Positions 1 to 12,819 of a stretch of DNA of 64,000 bases are shown here, one piece after another. The stretch is taken from NCBI GenBank assembly GCA_964016885.1, contig OZ024740.1, forward strand, positions 312,170,001 through 312,234,000, given 5' to 3'. Within the stretch, counting starts at the first letter, position 1; each line of letters begins with the position of its first letter. The notes beneath the pieces are model-generated. The model saw nothing but the letters and a program-made list of their open reading frames with translations. It was not told the origin of the DNA and ran no database searches. Position numbers and translations under genes: made by a program. The stretch comes from Eledone cirrhosa. Lineage: Eukaryota.

Positions 1-900
1 ATAGAAAGAACTAGGAATAAGGCTAATAGAATAAACTCATGGTATGATAGCAATAAATACCAGAGTGTAATGTTCATCGATACAACCCCTAGAGATGAAT
101 TAGCTTACAATTTAGAAGGGCTCTAGATAAACATAAACTCAATATTAAGATAGTAGAAAGACCAGGTACCTCCATAAAAACACTTATTAGCAAGACATAC
201 CCTTTTCAAAGACCTCCCTGTATAGATAAGAAATGTATAATCTGTAAATTAAGCCCCCATATTAACTGTAAAACTAGAAATGTAGTATATAGCATAAGAT
301 GTACTGAAGGACAATGTAGAGATAAAAATATAGTGTACATAGGTGAGACAGCTCGTAGTATAGGGGAACGGATAAATGAACACTGGCGAGACCTTCAAGA
401 TAGTAAAGAATCATCTGTACTCTACCAACATGCTAAAATAGAACATAAGGGTAAATTAGAGAACATAGAAATAAAAATAGAATCTACACACAGAAAAGAC
501 GCAATATTTAGACAAATCACAGAGGCAATAAACATAAATGAATTACAACCAAAATTAAATAGAAAACATGAGTGGAACAGCAACATCACAACTTACAATT
601 AAGGACAAAATGAAAACACACACGCACATAGAACAAACAACCAACCAGTAACATGTAAATAAACAAATAAATAAACAAATATAAACACACACAGACACCC
701 GGATGTAACACATGCGCAAACTAAGCACACAACACACACACACACAAAAACAAGATGGCGTAGGACAGAACAAAGGAGAGGCACAAAAAACAAAGAAAAG
801 AATCCCCAGTCACTGAAGAGGTCACAGAATGTGTGACGAAAGAACTTTGACAATATATAAACAACTATCTGGTTGTGGAACCAACCAACCAACCGGAAAT
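1..900 (+). mobile_element. Penelope-like element 3' part: Cys-rich linker and GIY-YIG endonuclease (frameshifted), plus tail; truncated by window start
   Basis: Translation IKIVERPG..CIICK..NCKTRNVVYSIRC..VYIGETARSIGERINEH..YQH..ITEA..LN (ORF 333-602); hammerhead motif in the tail. Confidence 0.8.
809..851 (+). ncRNA. Minimal type I hammerhead ribozyme motif
   Basis: gtca-CTGAAGA-g-GTCACA(gaatg)TGTGAC-GAAA-gaac-TT-tgac: core boxes, 6-bp stem II, 4-bp stem I. Confidence 0.65.
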
Positions 901-1059
901 TTATAAATTCCTAAATTTATAAATTTATTATAATAAATTGAAGTGAAAGCAACTGGTGCGTGTGTTTCTTATTGGCAACATGACCCTCCCAAAGTATAAC
1001 AATATCAGTTTCAATACACGTTTTCAGATAAAAAATCTTGCTAAACAAATTCAGAAACG

Positions 1060-1110
<51 letters not shown>

Positions 1111-1130
1111 GTATAATAAACAATACAATA

Positions 1131-1202
1131 TAATTACCTCATTACCAGAGGTTTCCCGAATAAGACGAATACGAAAAACGTCCTCATTCGTTCATCGGAC
1201 AA
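1131..1202 (-). ncRNA. Hammerhead-like motif in the inverted pseudo-LTR copy
   Basis: Reverse complement of 1343-1414. Confidence 0.5.
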
Positions 1203-1342
1203 AGCAATTTAAAACATAGTGAAATATTTCCTTATTTTTTTATATATCTCTTGCATTACTTTTATTTATATATTTTTTGCCAGTTAAACTCTTGCCTTTC
1301 TTGAGGAGACTTTTCAAATATTTCACTATGTTTTAAATTGCC

Positions 1343-1414
1343 TTGTCCGATGAACGAATGAGGACGTTTTTCGTATTCGTCTTATTCGGGAAACCTCTGG
1401 TAATGAGGTAATTA
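1343..1414 (+). ncRNA. Variant hammerhead motif (CCGAUGA core) in the PLE pseudo-LTR
   Basis: CCGATGA, long stem II (cgaatgaggacg/cgtcttattcg), GAAA, stem III cctc/gagg, GTA; U4 replaced by C and stem I weak. Confidence 0.55.
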
Positions 1415-1484
1415 TATTGTATTGTTTATTATACATTAAATTTTGCTCTGGTACTTACATAGAGCACTCTTCATTTAAATTGCC

Positions 1485-1556
1485 TTGTCCGATGAACGAA
1501 TGAGGACGTTTTTCGTATTCGTCTTATTCGGGAAACCTCTGGTAATGAGGTAATTA
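1485..1556 (+). ncRNA. Variant hammerhead motif, tandem copy
   Basis: Direct copy of 1343-1414, 142 bp downstream. Confidence 0.55.
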
Positions 1557-1770
1557 TATTGTATTGTTTGTTATTCATTAAATTTTGCTCTGGTACTTAC
1601 ATAGAGCACTCTTCACTCTACTTTTTCAATTTTCAACAGAAACTTCAATACTTATACAGCTCCCAAGGGAATGATCGTAGCATATTCTACATTTTTATGA
1701 GATTGGCATCTTCCAGCCCTTTTAAAGTCGAACACTCTTCAGTCAATAGGATTTTAAACCAATACTGAAC

Positions 1771-3880
1771 ATGGATAAATATCCTTTGGATTATTCTATC
1801 AAGAATATCCCAACACCTTCTAACACTTCCTACACGAAAATGCTGATAGACAAAGTAGAGAAAGTTGTTAAAAGAATGAGATGGAAAGCTTTGATTCTCG
1901 ATGGACACTTTAACACGGACTCTACGGAACATTTTGATATCAAAACTCATAAATACCCGCAAAGAGTAAAAGATATGACCGCTTTTGAACTAGACTTAGT
2001 TAATCTAATCAACAATATCAATTTTCCTAAGTACTCTAACCCTTTTCAATCTAAACTATCTAATGATATTTCAATATTCAAATCTTCTAAAAATAAGTTC
2101 ATTTTCTCCGACAAAACTAAAAACTTATACGAAGTTAATAATAATTTACATGACCAACTCTTAATAGATAACATCACCTCTAAATACCAAATAGCTAATA
2201 TAAACACGTATAATAATATAAATAAGGAAGCTAAAGAATTAGCTAGTTCTTTAAAAATAGATAATAGGACAGAAAAACTTGCTAAACGTAATGCCTATAT
2301 CACCCTTAAAGATCACAAACCTGACTTTATTAATCGTCCTAGTTGTAGATTAATCAACCCTGCTAAGACTGATATCGGTCTTGCCAGCAAAAAATGTTTA
2401 AATAATATAAACACACACATTAGAAGTAAGTCTGAATTACTCCAATAGATAAATAGCTCTTCCGTAGTACATTGGTTTAATAATATTAAAGATAAAAATA
2501 GTTCTAGATTGACCCAATTTGACATTGTAGATTTCTACCCGTCTATCACTCAGACTCTTTTAGCGAAAGCCTTAAATTTCGCTAGAAAGTTTACCAATAT
2601 TTCTGATATTGAAGAGAATGTCATCTTGCATGCTAGAAACACTCTACTCTTTACTGATAATGATACTTGGGTAAAAATATCTAACCCAGAGAACCCATTC
2701 GATGTCTCAATGGGTTCTTTTGACAGTGCTGATGTTTGTGATTTAGTCGGCCTATTCCTCCTACACACACTTAAAGAAAAATTCCCTAACCATATTTTGA
2801 GGCTTTATCACGACGATGGTCTAATACTTTCCCATACCACCATAGGCCATAACTTAGATAGATTAAGGAAAGACTTAATAAAAACCTTCGCTAGTTTTAA
2901 TCTTAAAATTACTATTGACACTAACCTTTCCAATGTTAATTTTCTAGATATAAACCTAGATCTGCCTACAGCTTCTTATAAACCGTACCATAAACCTAAT
3001 GAAAATTTAAAATATATAAATACAGGCTCTTGCCATCCTCCTATAGTTTTTAAAACCTTATCCCTAATATTAGCCGTAGGATCTCCACCCTCTCTTTCTC
3101 AGAAGCTATTTTCAATAAGGCATCCCCCTACTATAATAAAGCCCTTCAAAATAGCGGATTTAGCGAGCCGATTAAGTACATACCCAACAATACTAACTCT
3201 TTTAAACATAATAATAGGAAAAGAAAAATAATCTGGTTTACACCCCCCTACTCTCTAGCAGTTAAACCTAATGTAGGCAAAAAATTCCTAGAGCTCTTAG
3301 ATAAACATTTCCCTAGAACACATAGATACTATAAGATCTTCAATAGAAACTGTGTCAAAATTAGCTACACCTGCGGTCCCCCTATTAAATCTTATATCAT
3401 CAATAAGAAATCACCCAGAGAACATCAAAATTGCACCTGAAGAGTCAAAAGTGAATGCCCATTACAAGGTAAATGCAACACCAAAGCCATTGTATATGCG
3501 GCTAAAGTGACAACCATCAGCAACAACCTACCAGCCACCAGCAAACGATATGTGGGTATGATACAAGACAAATTCAAAACGCGTTATTACTCACATGTCG
3601 CATCTTTCCGACATCCAGAAAAAAATTCACAATAGCTCTGGCTAGCATAATATAGGATTTGAAAGACCAAGGTATCCAATATAAATTGGATTGGTCAATT
3701 TTGAACCAATCTAAAGAATATGCAAGAGGAACAAGAAGATGCACACTCTGCATAAGTGAAAAATATTGGATTTTACAAAACCTTAAATCACCAAAAACCT
3801 GCCTAAATACAAAAACAGAAATTTTCACCAGTTGCCCACACATGAAATCACACTTGCTTTCCAGCTCATATAAACTTTTC
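1771..3880 (+). pseudogene. Disrupted PLE polyprotein (reverse transcriptase plus C-terminal GIY-YIG)
   Basis: Motifs SDKT, FDIVDFYPSI, MGSFDSADVCDLVG, LYHDDGL, NFLD, IWFTPPYS, IVYAAKV..YVGM..FKTRYYSH, CTLCISEK; TAG at 2446-2448 and frameshifts near 3060 and 3620. Confidence 0.88.
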
Positions 3881-5160
3881 AGATACTTATCCTCCATAAA
3901 CTCTTATTCTTTACTTTCCTTAAATTATCCTCTTTACAGACTTCTCTTTCTGATTTACTTTCATTTTTAACTTAATTTTATTTTTATTTTTACTTCATAT
4001 CCACCAGTAACCCCCGCCCCCCTACTTTTCGATTCACTTACCTAATATCTTGACATTCCACATTTTACTTCCCCATTTTTATTCACTACCTGATACCACA
4101 TGTCACTTGCGTTTTCCACTCCAGATATATTCTGCTGTTTCGCAGCCGATTTTATATTTGTACTCATTTATTCATACGGCTGGTTTATAATCTGTATTTA
4201 TGCGCGTGAGTGTGCATATGTGTGTATACGTTCTGTATATGTATACGAACGCCTCCGCATGTGTGCGTGCGTACGTATATATATGTGTGTGTATGTGTTT
4301 TTATATCTATGTTTTTTATATCTATGTTTTTACATACTTATTTATACGTGTGTGTGTATGCAGGTGAATGTATGTGTATGTATATGTGTGTATATGTATA
4401 CGTATGTATGGGTGTGTATGTATATATGTATATATATATATATATATATATAGTCGCGTACGTACGTGTGATTAGATATACATGTGTCGATATATATATA
4501 TATATATATATACGTTCCTCGTGTGTATGTATGTACGCACGCATGCGCTTTTGTCTGTACGTATTTGTAAGTATAAATATTTTTATATATATATATGTGT
4601 GTGTACGTGCGTACCTATGTTTGTTTTCTTTTTTCTAGTGTTAATTGATTACTTTCTCTTTGATTTAAAAAAAATTTTTTATTCTCATATATTGTTTAAT
4701 TTTTATACATATATCGAGAATGACACTTCTTTTTACTATTACACTCCCTTCCCTCTTTATCTTCCGCATATAATTGACCACGCGTGTGTGTGTGTGTTTA
4801 TACGCGTGCTTTCATACTCGTATGTGTATTTAATACCTGTATCTGGATGTGTGTTAACTACATTATCTTACAATTCCTTTTGCAACTCATATTATATACG
4901 TATTTGTGGTCACATATACACAAATATACTTGCCCTCATATATGTACTTACGCACACATTTTCACCATACACATGCATTTGTACATACACACATATGTAC
5001 ATTTGTGAGTGTATATACATACATATACACATACCCTAACTATATTTCCTTTTTTTTTTATATATCTCTTGCATTACTTTTATTTATATATTTTTTGCCA
5101 GTTAAACTCTTGCCTTTCTTGAGGAGACTTTTCAAATATTTCACTATGTTTTAAATTGCC

Positions 5161-5232
5161 TAGTCCAATGAACGAATGAGGACGTTTTTTGTATTCGTCT
5201 TATTCGGGAAACCTCTGGTAATGAGGTAATTA
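5161..5232 (+). ncRNA. Degenerate hammerhead motif in the 3' pseudo-LTR
   Basis: Same sequence with core mutated to CCAATGA; stem I tagt/atta. Confidence 0.4.
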
Positions 5233-5362
5233 TATTGTATTGTTTACTATACATTAAATTTTGTTCTGGTACTTACATAGAGCACTCTTCACTCCTATGA
5301 CTTTTTCAATTTTCAACGGAAACTTCAATACATACACACACACATATATATATATATATATT

Positions 5363-5480
5363 AAAATAACAGATTAAAGTTTAAGCAAAGAACCCCTAAC
5401 GGGATCTTCTGAAACTTTTTAAAGATCCCGTTAAGGGTGAAAGCAGCGATTCTTTGCTTAAACTTTAATCTGTTATTTTT
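5363..5480. repeat. Nested palindrome: 30-bp outer arms around an inner hairpin
   Basis: aaaataacagattaaagtttaagcaaagaa / ttctttgcttaaactttaatctgttatttt; inner aacgggatctt/aagatcccgtt. Confidence 0.8.
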
Positions 5481-5574
5481 ATAAATATTTGCTCTACGGT
5501 TCTTATATATCTGATATATATTTATCCTTATCGAGGCCTCTTTGGATTTTAGTCTTCAAATTTATTATTATTAC

Positions 5575-5681
<107 letters not shown>

Positions 5682-5749
5682 GGAAAAAATGAAACGAAAT
5701 TTCATTTCTCACTCTTAGTACGGCTGTTACCATCTGGCAGGAAGGTATA

Positions 5750-5790
5750 CGTTGCTGACGATAGCTAATAAGCTTGAAACTAGTTCAGCG
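5750..5790 (+). ncRNA. Minimal type I hammerhead ribozyme with palindromic stem III
   Basis: cgttg-CTGACGA-t-AGCT(aata)AGCT-t-GAAA-ctag-TT-cagcg. Confidence 0.8.
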
Positions 5791-5932
5791 TTCCTTTGTC
5801 AGTGTTGAACAAATGAGCAACGATGGTTGCTAGACACTGTACGGTTTAATTCGGGATGTTTGTTTACAAACACACCGAGCATTATAATAAATGTTCAGTG
5901 AATCCATACGTACATATATATATGTGTGCATG

Positions 5933-5968
<36 letters not shown>

Positions 5969-6195
5969 CTACTGTACGTCTGTATACATATATGTATGTA
6001 CGTATACATACTTATATTTAAGTAACAGCCATACTAAGAGTGAGAAATGAAATTTTGTTTCATTTTTTTCCGTTTATCGTTTTCGGTACCCCGGCCGATT
6101 AACTCACTCGATATGCAAATTAGGCTGCTCAGCCGTTAATATGCATAAGGAAAGTATATATTTTCAGACGTTCAACCATCTGGCAGGAAGGTATA

Positions 6196-6236
6196 CGTTG
6201 CTGACAATAGCTAATAAGCTTGAAACTAGTTCAGCG
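6196..6236 (+). ncRNA. Second hammerhead copy with G8-to-A core mutation
   Basis: Matches 5750-5790 except CTGACAA. Confidence 0.6.
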
Positions 6237-6456
6237 TTCCTTTGTCAGTGTTGAACAAATGAGCAACGATGGTTGCTAGACACTGTACGGCGCTTAATTC
6301 GGGATGTTTGTTTACAAACACACCGAGCATTATAATAAATGTTCGGTGAATCCATACGTACATATATATATGTGTGCATGTATGTATATATATATATATA
6401 TATATATATACATACTACTGTACGTCTGTATACATATATGTATGTACGTATACATA

Positions 6457-6508
<52 letters not shown>

Positions 6509-6572
6509 TATATACATATATACACACATATATATATACATATATACACACATATATATATACATTTATGTG

Positions 6573-6720
6573 AAGGTGAGTCGCTGAGTGGTTAGACAAT
6601 TGGATTCACAATCGTGAGGTTATGCGTTCAATTCTCGGACCAGGCGATGCATTATGTCCTGGAAAGACCAATGGAAACATTGTTTCCTCGGTCCGATTTG
6701 ACCAAAGTCGATCGACTGTC
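6573..6720 (+). mobile_element. tRNA-derived SINE fragment
   Basis: Pol III A box-like gctgagtggttag and B box-like gttcaattc; related to 48407-48560. Confidence 0.55.
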
Positions 6721-6754
6721 ATATATTTACATATACATATATAATATAATGTAG

Positions 6755-6829
<75 letters not shown>

Positions 6830-6831
<2 letters not shown>

Positions 6832-8445
6832 AGGGATAACAAAATATAGGTAATCCAGTTAGAGTTTGTGAATACTTCTTATTATGGATAGTTTTAGCTT
6901 ACGGCGTTGTTTGACTCAACAAGAGGTTTACGTAGGTGGGGAGTTTATGATTTCACTTGTATTCCTATGTAAGTTTATCTTGGAGTAATAATATTGAACA
7001 AGTGAAGAACATGGTCAACAGTACAAAAAAAAGGGATTTATTTGCAGTCTAACAATTGTTTCACTGATTAAGTTGTCTAAAAATTGCTGAACACTAGAAG
7101 CAGTACCACTCAATTTTAAATACGATGTTAGCTTAATCAGATCATCAGAGACAACTAGGATATCCGTTGAATTTATAAATTCAAATTACAGCATCATTAA
7201 TAATATTAATAATAAAGATAGAGAGAGAAATAGAGATAGATAAACGAAAGAAAGAAAAAGGAAAAAGAAAAAGAAAAAGAAAAACAGAGAGAGATATAGA
7301 GAGAGAAAAAGACATAGAGAAAGGAGGATAGAAAGAGGAGAGAGAAAAGGATAAAAGAGAAATAAAGGGTAGAGAGAAAGAAAAATAGAGGGAAAATAAT
7401 GATAACAACAATAAATAAATTAATGTTAATACATGAATAAATGTAAATAAATAAACAAGTTACATCGAGGATGATACAAAATAATATAAAATATGAAAAT
7501 AAATAAGTAAAAATGTGCGAAGAAATTTAAAGATATTAAGATTATTGAAAGTGGTTATTGAGAGTGGTTAAAATATAGAGAGATACGAAGGTATAAACAT
7601 GAGAATGTTAAATATATTTATGTGTGTATTGGTTATTTTAATAAATTAATTACATAATTAATTAATTATTTGATTAATTAGTTGCAAGTTATATTAGAAG
7701 TGAAAATGATATAAGATAGAATAAGATAAAATAAGATAAAATGCCAGAGATGAAATAAATTTAGGGAGAGAAATAGAAAGATAGAAAGTGAAAGATAGAG
7801 ATATATAAAAAATGAATGTAAAATATAAGAGGTTATGATGTTTGTTCATTGATAGATGATGGCAATTATAATAACAATGATAATAGGATATTATAAGATA
7901 TTATAATAGATCTAAGTGGTACAATATGGAATAGATTGGATGAACTAGGTTGGTCTAAAGTTCTCAAATTTGGTCGCCGTTTTATGCCTACAGAAAATAG
8001 TTCTTTCGATTTTACTGTTAAGTAGTATTTTAAAATTTGGAAAAGCTCCATATTACAAAGACCACAGTGGGACATGCCAATTCGATAGGCTATTGCTGTT
8101 GATAGCTTCGTCCACCTGATTTTATATTCTAGGTTTGCATCTCTGAGTTGCCAGATTTTATTGGCGAGTGTTGTTGTATTTATGAGCTTCCTGTTATTCA
8201 TAGAGTATCTATGGACATACCACTTTTTCTTAAACTCCCCGGGCTGAGAATTGGGTTTGTTGATGTATTGTGGTGATGTGTTCTGATGTGTGTTTGGTTG
8301 TGATGATGTTATATGCTTGTGTTTTGTATTTGGTGTTATGGTACTTATTTGCGGGCTACTTGTATTATAAATTCTTTTATAGTTAATTTTATGTATGTGC
8401 GATTCTATGTTGTTGGCAGTGGAGTATGATAGTTTGATAGTTTTT
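6830..8445 (-). mobile_element. Penelope-like element 3' fragment (GIY-YIG remnant and tail)
   Basis: ORF 7866-8201 TTLANKIWQLRD..YKIRW..CGLCNMEL aligns by eye with the endonuclease end at 3620-3800; abuts (TA)n; hammerhead in the tail. Confidence 0.72.
7047..7152 (-). ncRNA. Type I hammerhead ribozyme with extended stem II
   Basis: Minus strand: gtct-CTGATGA-t-ctgattaag...cttaatcag-t-GAAA-caattg-TT-agac. Confidence 0.78.
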
Positions 8446-9800
8446 CTAACTAGGAGTAGATGAATGGCTTGTGAAAGCTATACAAGCCATGTATAGGGGA
8501 GCAGTCAGCAAAGTTAGGATTAGCAATGAGTATAGCGAGGAATTTAGCGTACAGGTTGGGGTCCACCAGGGCTCTGTTCTTAGCCCTCTCCTGTTCATCA
8601 TAGTCCTGCAGGCAATAACGGAGGAGTTTAAGACCGGATGCCCATGGGAACTCCTGTATGCTGATGACCTCGCACTTATAGCTGAATCTATGGAAGAACT
8701 AGAGAATAAATTCCAAACTTGGAAGCAGGGACTAGAAAGAAAGGGTATCAAAGTCAACATGACAAAGACTAAGGTCCTTGTAAGTAGACGAGAAAACAGA
8801 ACCCAGATCCCCTCAGGGAAATGGCCTTGCTCAGTATGTAGGAAAGGTGTAGGTAGGAACTCCATTCTCTGCCTCAAATGCAAACAATGGGTACACAAGC
8901 GGGATCTCAGGAAGCTAATTAAGAATGTAGGCTTCACATGCAGCAGCTGTGCTGGGAAGCAAGCAGCAAACAGCCACAGGAAACAAGTACCACCAATCTC
9001 TGGGAGGGCTCTGTAGAAACAGTAGACAGCTTCTGCTACCTAGGTGACTGAATTAGCAGCGCAGGTGGATGTTCAAAAAGTTCAATAACTAGGGTAAGAA
9101 CGGGATGGAAGAAGTTCAGGGAACTACTGCCACTGCTAGCTGCAAAAGGCTTCTCCCTCAAAATGAAAGGCAGACTGTATGATGCGTGTATCCGAACAGC
9201 AATGTTACATGGTAGTGAGACCTGGGCGCTGAAGGTGGAAGACTTACGTAGATTAGAAAGAAACGAAGCCTGCATGCTCCGATGGATGTGTAATAGTAAT
9301 ATACGCGAACGACAAAGCATAAATGAATTGAGAGAGAGACTGAGCATAAGAGGAATCAAATGCTGTGTGCAGGAGAGGCGGTTGCGTTGGTATGGACATG
9401 TGATGCGTATGAAGGATGACAGCTGCATAAAAAGGTGCAGAGCACTAGAAGTCAATGGAAACCGCGGAGTGGGGAGACCCAAGAAGACCTGGGATGACGT
9501 GATAAAAGCCGACCTTACCCAATTACACCTCTCAAAGGCGATGACACACGACCGTGACCTCTGGCATCACGCAGTAATACAGAGTACCCGACCTCCCATG
9601 GGTACAAGCTGAAGCATATAGACAATATGCCCCCACACCCTCCCACTGCAAGGTGGTCGTGGAGGTGCCACAGCAAAAAAGCACCCAGCCCACACTGTAA
9701 AGTGGACGTGTAGGCGCCACGGAAAAAAGCACCCAGCACTCACTGTAAATGAGGTTGGTGTTAGGAAGGGCATCCAGCTGTAAAAATCAAGCCAAAATCA
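8446..9800 (+). mobile_element. 5'-truncated, frameshifted RTE LINE related to the full-length copy
   Basis: GVHQGSVLSPLLF, LYADDL, RLRWYGHV, GRPKKTW; 3' UTR motif ggttggtgttaggaagggcatccagctgtaaaa. Confidence 0.9.
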
Positions 9801-10627
9801 GTTGATGATAAAATAGTATATTCACAGCTGAAATTTCTTCAGTCATAGGGGCCTGCTCAGTCAAAACAATAATATGAAGATGAACCAACAAAAGCATTTC
9901 TCTGTAGCTACATAGACTTCACAATGTAGAGATCTAAATTTCCCTCAATGAATTTCCTACTGCATTAAACACTTTTCATACCAATTCACCTGAGACTTTC
10001 TCTAGTTCCTATATAAAATCCCTTTTTATGAAGTTCTTTTCTAAACACCAATTGAATAATGTCAAAGTTGGCTATTTTTACTAAAACCTTCCAAATTCTT
10101 GATTATATTAAAAATTAATTGAAACAGTAGGGGATATGGTAAAAGAAAATTGTGAAAATAGAGAATATCTGTTAAAACTACTTAATTTTGGGACTGTACA
10201 TCACAAAATAAAAATGCAAGGATTATAGTTAGAAAATGTTGATCAATGTATCTAGAAAGGTCACCCAATGTATTAACTCCAGATCAGTCTTTATCAAGCA
10301 AACCTATTAACTAGAACAATCTGGCCTGGTTTTTAGTTGATTTGTTTTTTTCCAAACATAGTGTATTTAAGACTACATAGTCCAATTTGTCCTTCTTTTT
10401 TGAGACAGTAGAGTATGATTTCAAGAAGATTTGGTATAGTTTATGCAGTTATACTTTAAAACAACATTGTTTTAGCTTCAATCCCACCATATAGAATCTT
10501 GAGCAAATGTCTCCTATTGTAACCTCGGGGTGCAAGTGGAATTTGTGATGTGGAAGCCCATCTGTTAGCAGAGAAAATGGATATTAAATAATAAAGATGA
10601 TGATAATTGCAGTATCAGTGATGGTAA

Positions 10628-10666
<39 letters not shown>

Positions 10667-10667
<1 letters not shown>

Positions 10668-11955
10668 TTAGGTTAGTAGGAGTTAGGTATTATATACAGG
10701 TGTCCCGTTAAGGTATTGGCAGCATAATAATTAGCTCTATGCTTTGGAGCAGAGCCGTATATGAAAAAGAACACAAAAGCGTCTACAACATCAAAAGATT
10801 TTTATTGGCTAACAATGTTTCTTACTTACGTGTAACCGTAGGATTCATCAGAGCTATAAAAGGGGTTTGATTGGTGTTATGGACTCTACCAACCAAACAC
10901 CCAAGAACAAAGAGTAAAGAGAGTAAAGAGCAAAAGTAGGGGACGATAAGTCTAATTTTGGTGCGGGAGGGTGGGGTGTTGGTCCTTGTTTACTAGCTGC
11001 GGTCATATTCATTCCCGGGGGTCAGGTGGTTAGCTGAACCATAGATGGGGTGGCGTGGATAGTATGGTGCAGAGGGTGCGCAGAGGCTACACAAACACAA
11101 AGGGCGTAGAATACATATATACATATAGCGGAGGAGAAGGTACATGAGGTAATTAGAAATGGAAAAAGAGTAATAATAATAATCTATAATTAATAGTGTA
11201 TAATAAGGCATGGGGAAGATTACACTATAATAAGGTATAAAGGTAAGAATAAGGTAAAATATAAAGGAGGATAAAAGTGGAAATAATAATAAAGATAAAA
11301 AATATATAGAGAATATATAAGGAAATATAAGCAAATATTTGGAGGGGAAAACACAATGTAAAAAAACCGATTTTTTTCAAACAATAATAAAAAATAATAA
11401 AAATATAATAATTATGGGGGGAGAAAACAGGATAGAGAAATATGATCAAGTGTGATTCGTTGAGAGAATATAGGATGATAACAGTTGTGTCCAGTTTATA
11501 CATCTTAATAATAAATAATAAACAATATGTGTATCAGAGTTGCAGAACCTTCAATTCACTTACGGGTTCAAGCCACGTGGCATGGTCCATTGTTTATCTG
11601 TGCGGTCATGTGCGTTTGTTTTTGACACCACAGCAGATGCACAAGTTTGTAAATTCCAATGCAGATAGAAGTCAATTTTTGCTCACCCGGACATTGACCG
11701 AGGATCCAATATTCCTAGTTCAATATGTGTTTGGTGTTATTTTGTTCGCACAAATCAATCAATTGGTTCGATATATGGAGTATGGTTTCCTGGTCTTCGT
11801 GACAGTGTCAGTGGTTGTATATTTGGAAGTCACAAGGATCACAGTACTCCGGTTTGGTGTGATACCCAAACGTTGAACTTTGGTGTCGATAGGACATCAA
11901 CGAAGCAGGGTGATATCGCATCTGTGGTACAAAACGGTGCGGAAGGAAAATATAT
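10667..11955 (-). mobile_element. Unclassified hammerhead-bearing repeat, probably a PLE tail
   Basis: Starts at a (TA)n run; strand-skewed composition like the other PLE tails; hammerhead at 10808-10854; no recognisable ORF. Confidence 0.4.
10808..10854 (-). ncRNA. Type I hammerhead ribozyme motif
   Basis: Minus strand: gct-CTGATGA-atcc-tacg(gttaca)cgta-agtaa-GAAA-cattg-TT-agc; base of stem II imperfect. Confidence 0.6.
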
Positions 11956-11959
11956 ATAT

Positions 11960-12338
11960 CCAGGCCGAAACAAATGAGATCGTGTAGGTGTCATGAAAAA
12001 AAAACACACAGTCCACGCTGTAATGTGACCGTGTAGGCAACACGGTAAAAACGTCCCAGTCCCACACTGTAAATGTGGTTGGTGTTAGGAAGGGCATCCA
12101 GCTGTAGAAAACCTGCCAGACAGTCCACGCTGTAATGTGGCCGTGTAGGCAACACGGTAAAAACCTCCCAGCCCCACACTGTAAATGTGGTTGGTGTTAG
12201 GAAGGGCATCCAACTGTAGAAAACCCGCCAGACAGTCCTATGCGAGCAAGACAACCACTCTTGCCTCAAGTGGGAAAACTCCCGTCCAAACCCATGCAAG
12301 CATGGAACACGGACGTTAAACGATGATGATGATGATGA
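11960..12338 (+). mobile_element. RTE 3' UTR-only insertion with (TGA)n tail
   Basis: Near-identical to 31543-31927. Confidence 0.9.
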
Positions 12339-12344
12339 TATATA

Positions 12345-12800
12345 TATACTGAAGGTATATACATATATACACAAGTATAGACATACATATAGAGGGAATC
12401 CAACAGATACCAATTTTGCTCAATGAAGGAATTAATAAGAATCAATTATTCAGAGCATAATAAAAAAAAGTATTTGTGAAATGCAAATAAAGAAATATTT
12501 ACCTATTTACTTAGAGTGTCTCTACTGCAGTTTCATTGAGTAAAACTCACCACTGAGTGCTGCGAAAACTTCAACTCGTCAGGGAACATTTTCAAACAAA
12601 AAAGGATTCAACTGAGTTATCCACTAATTGCAAATGAGAGAATTATCACCTGATTAGCGACCTACAGAGGAGCAGTGGTATATCAACAACGGCAAGTGAA
12701 AGGGCTGCTAAATATAGCAGTCCAATTCGGCCAAATTCATGGACTCCCTCATATGTATGTCTATACTTGTGTATATATGTATATATCTTTAGTATATTTG
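12345..12800 (-). mobile_element. Short element with ~58-bp inverted ends and an internal hammerhead (PLE pseudo-LTR-like)
   Basis: 12345-12402 is inverted at 12740-12800; hammerhead at 12517-12588. Confidence 0.55.
12517..12588 (-). ncRNA. Type I hammerhead ribozyme with palindromic stem III
   Basis: Minus strand: tgttcc-CTGACGA-gttga...tcaat-GAAA-ctgcag-TA-gagaca. Confidence 0.72.
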
Positions 12801-12819
12801 TTAATTACTCCCTTACATT

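Larger units (their letters stand above)
1108..5330 (+). mobile_element. Near-complete Penelope-like element with inverted and tandem pseudo-LTRs, flanked by (TA)n
   Basis: 1108-1229 is an inverted copy of ~1317-1436; ~1222-1650 recurs directly at ~5042-5330; RT plus GIY-YIG ORF lies between. Confidence 0.88.

Noticed and set aside
3432-3440. In-frame TGA at an expected Cys position of the PLE (CT*R), suggesting selenocysteine as in some Naiad PLEs
   Set aside because: The same copy has TAG stops and frameshifts, so ordinary decay explains it; I identified no SECIS element.
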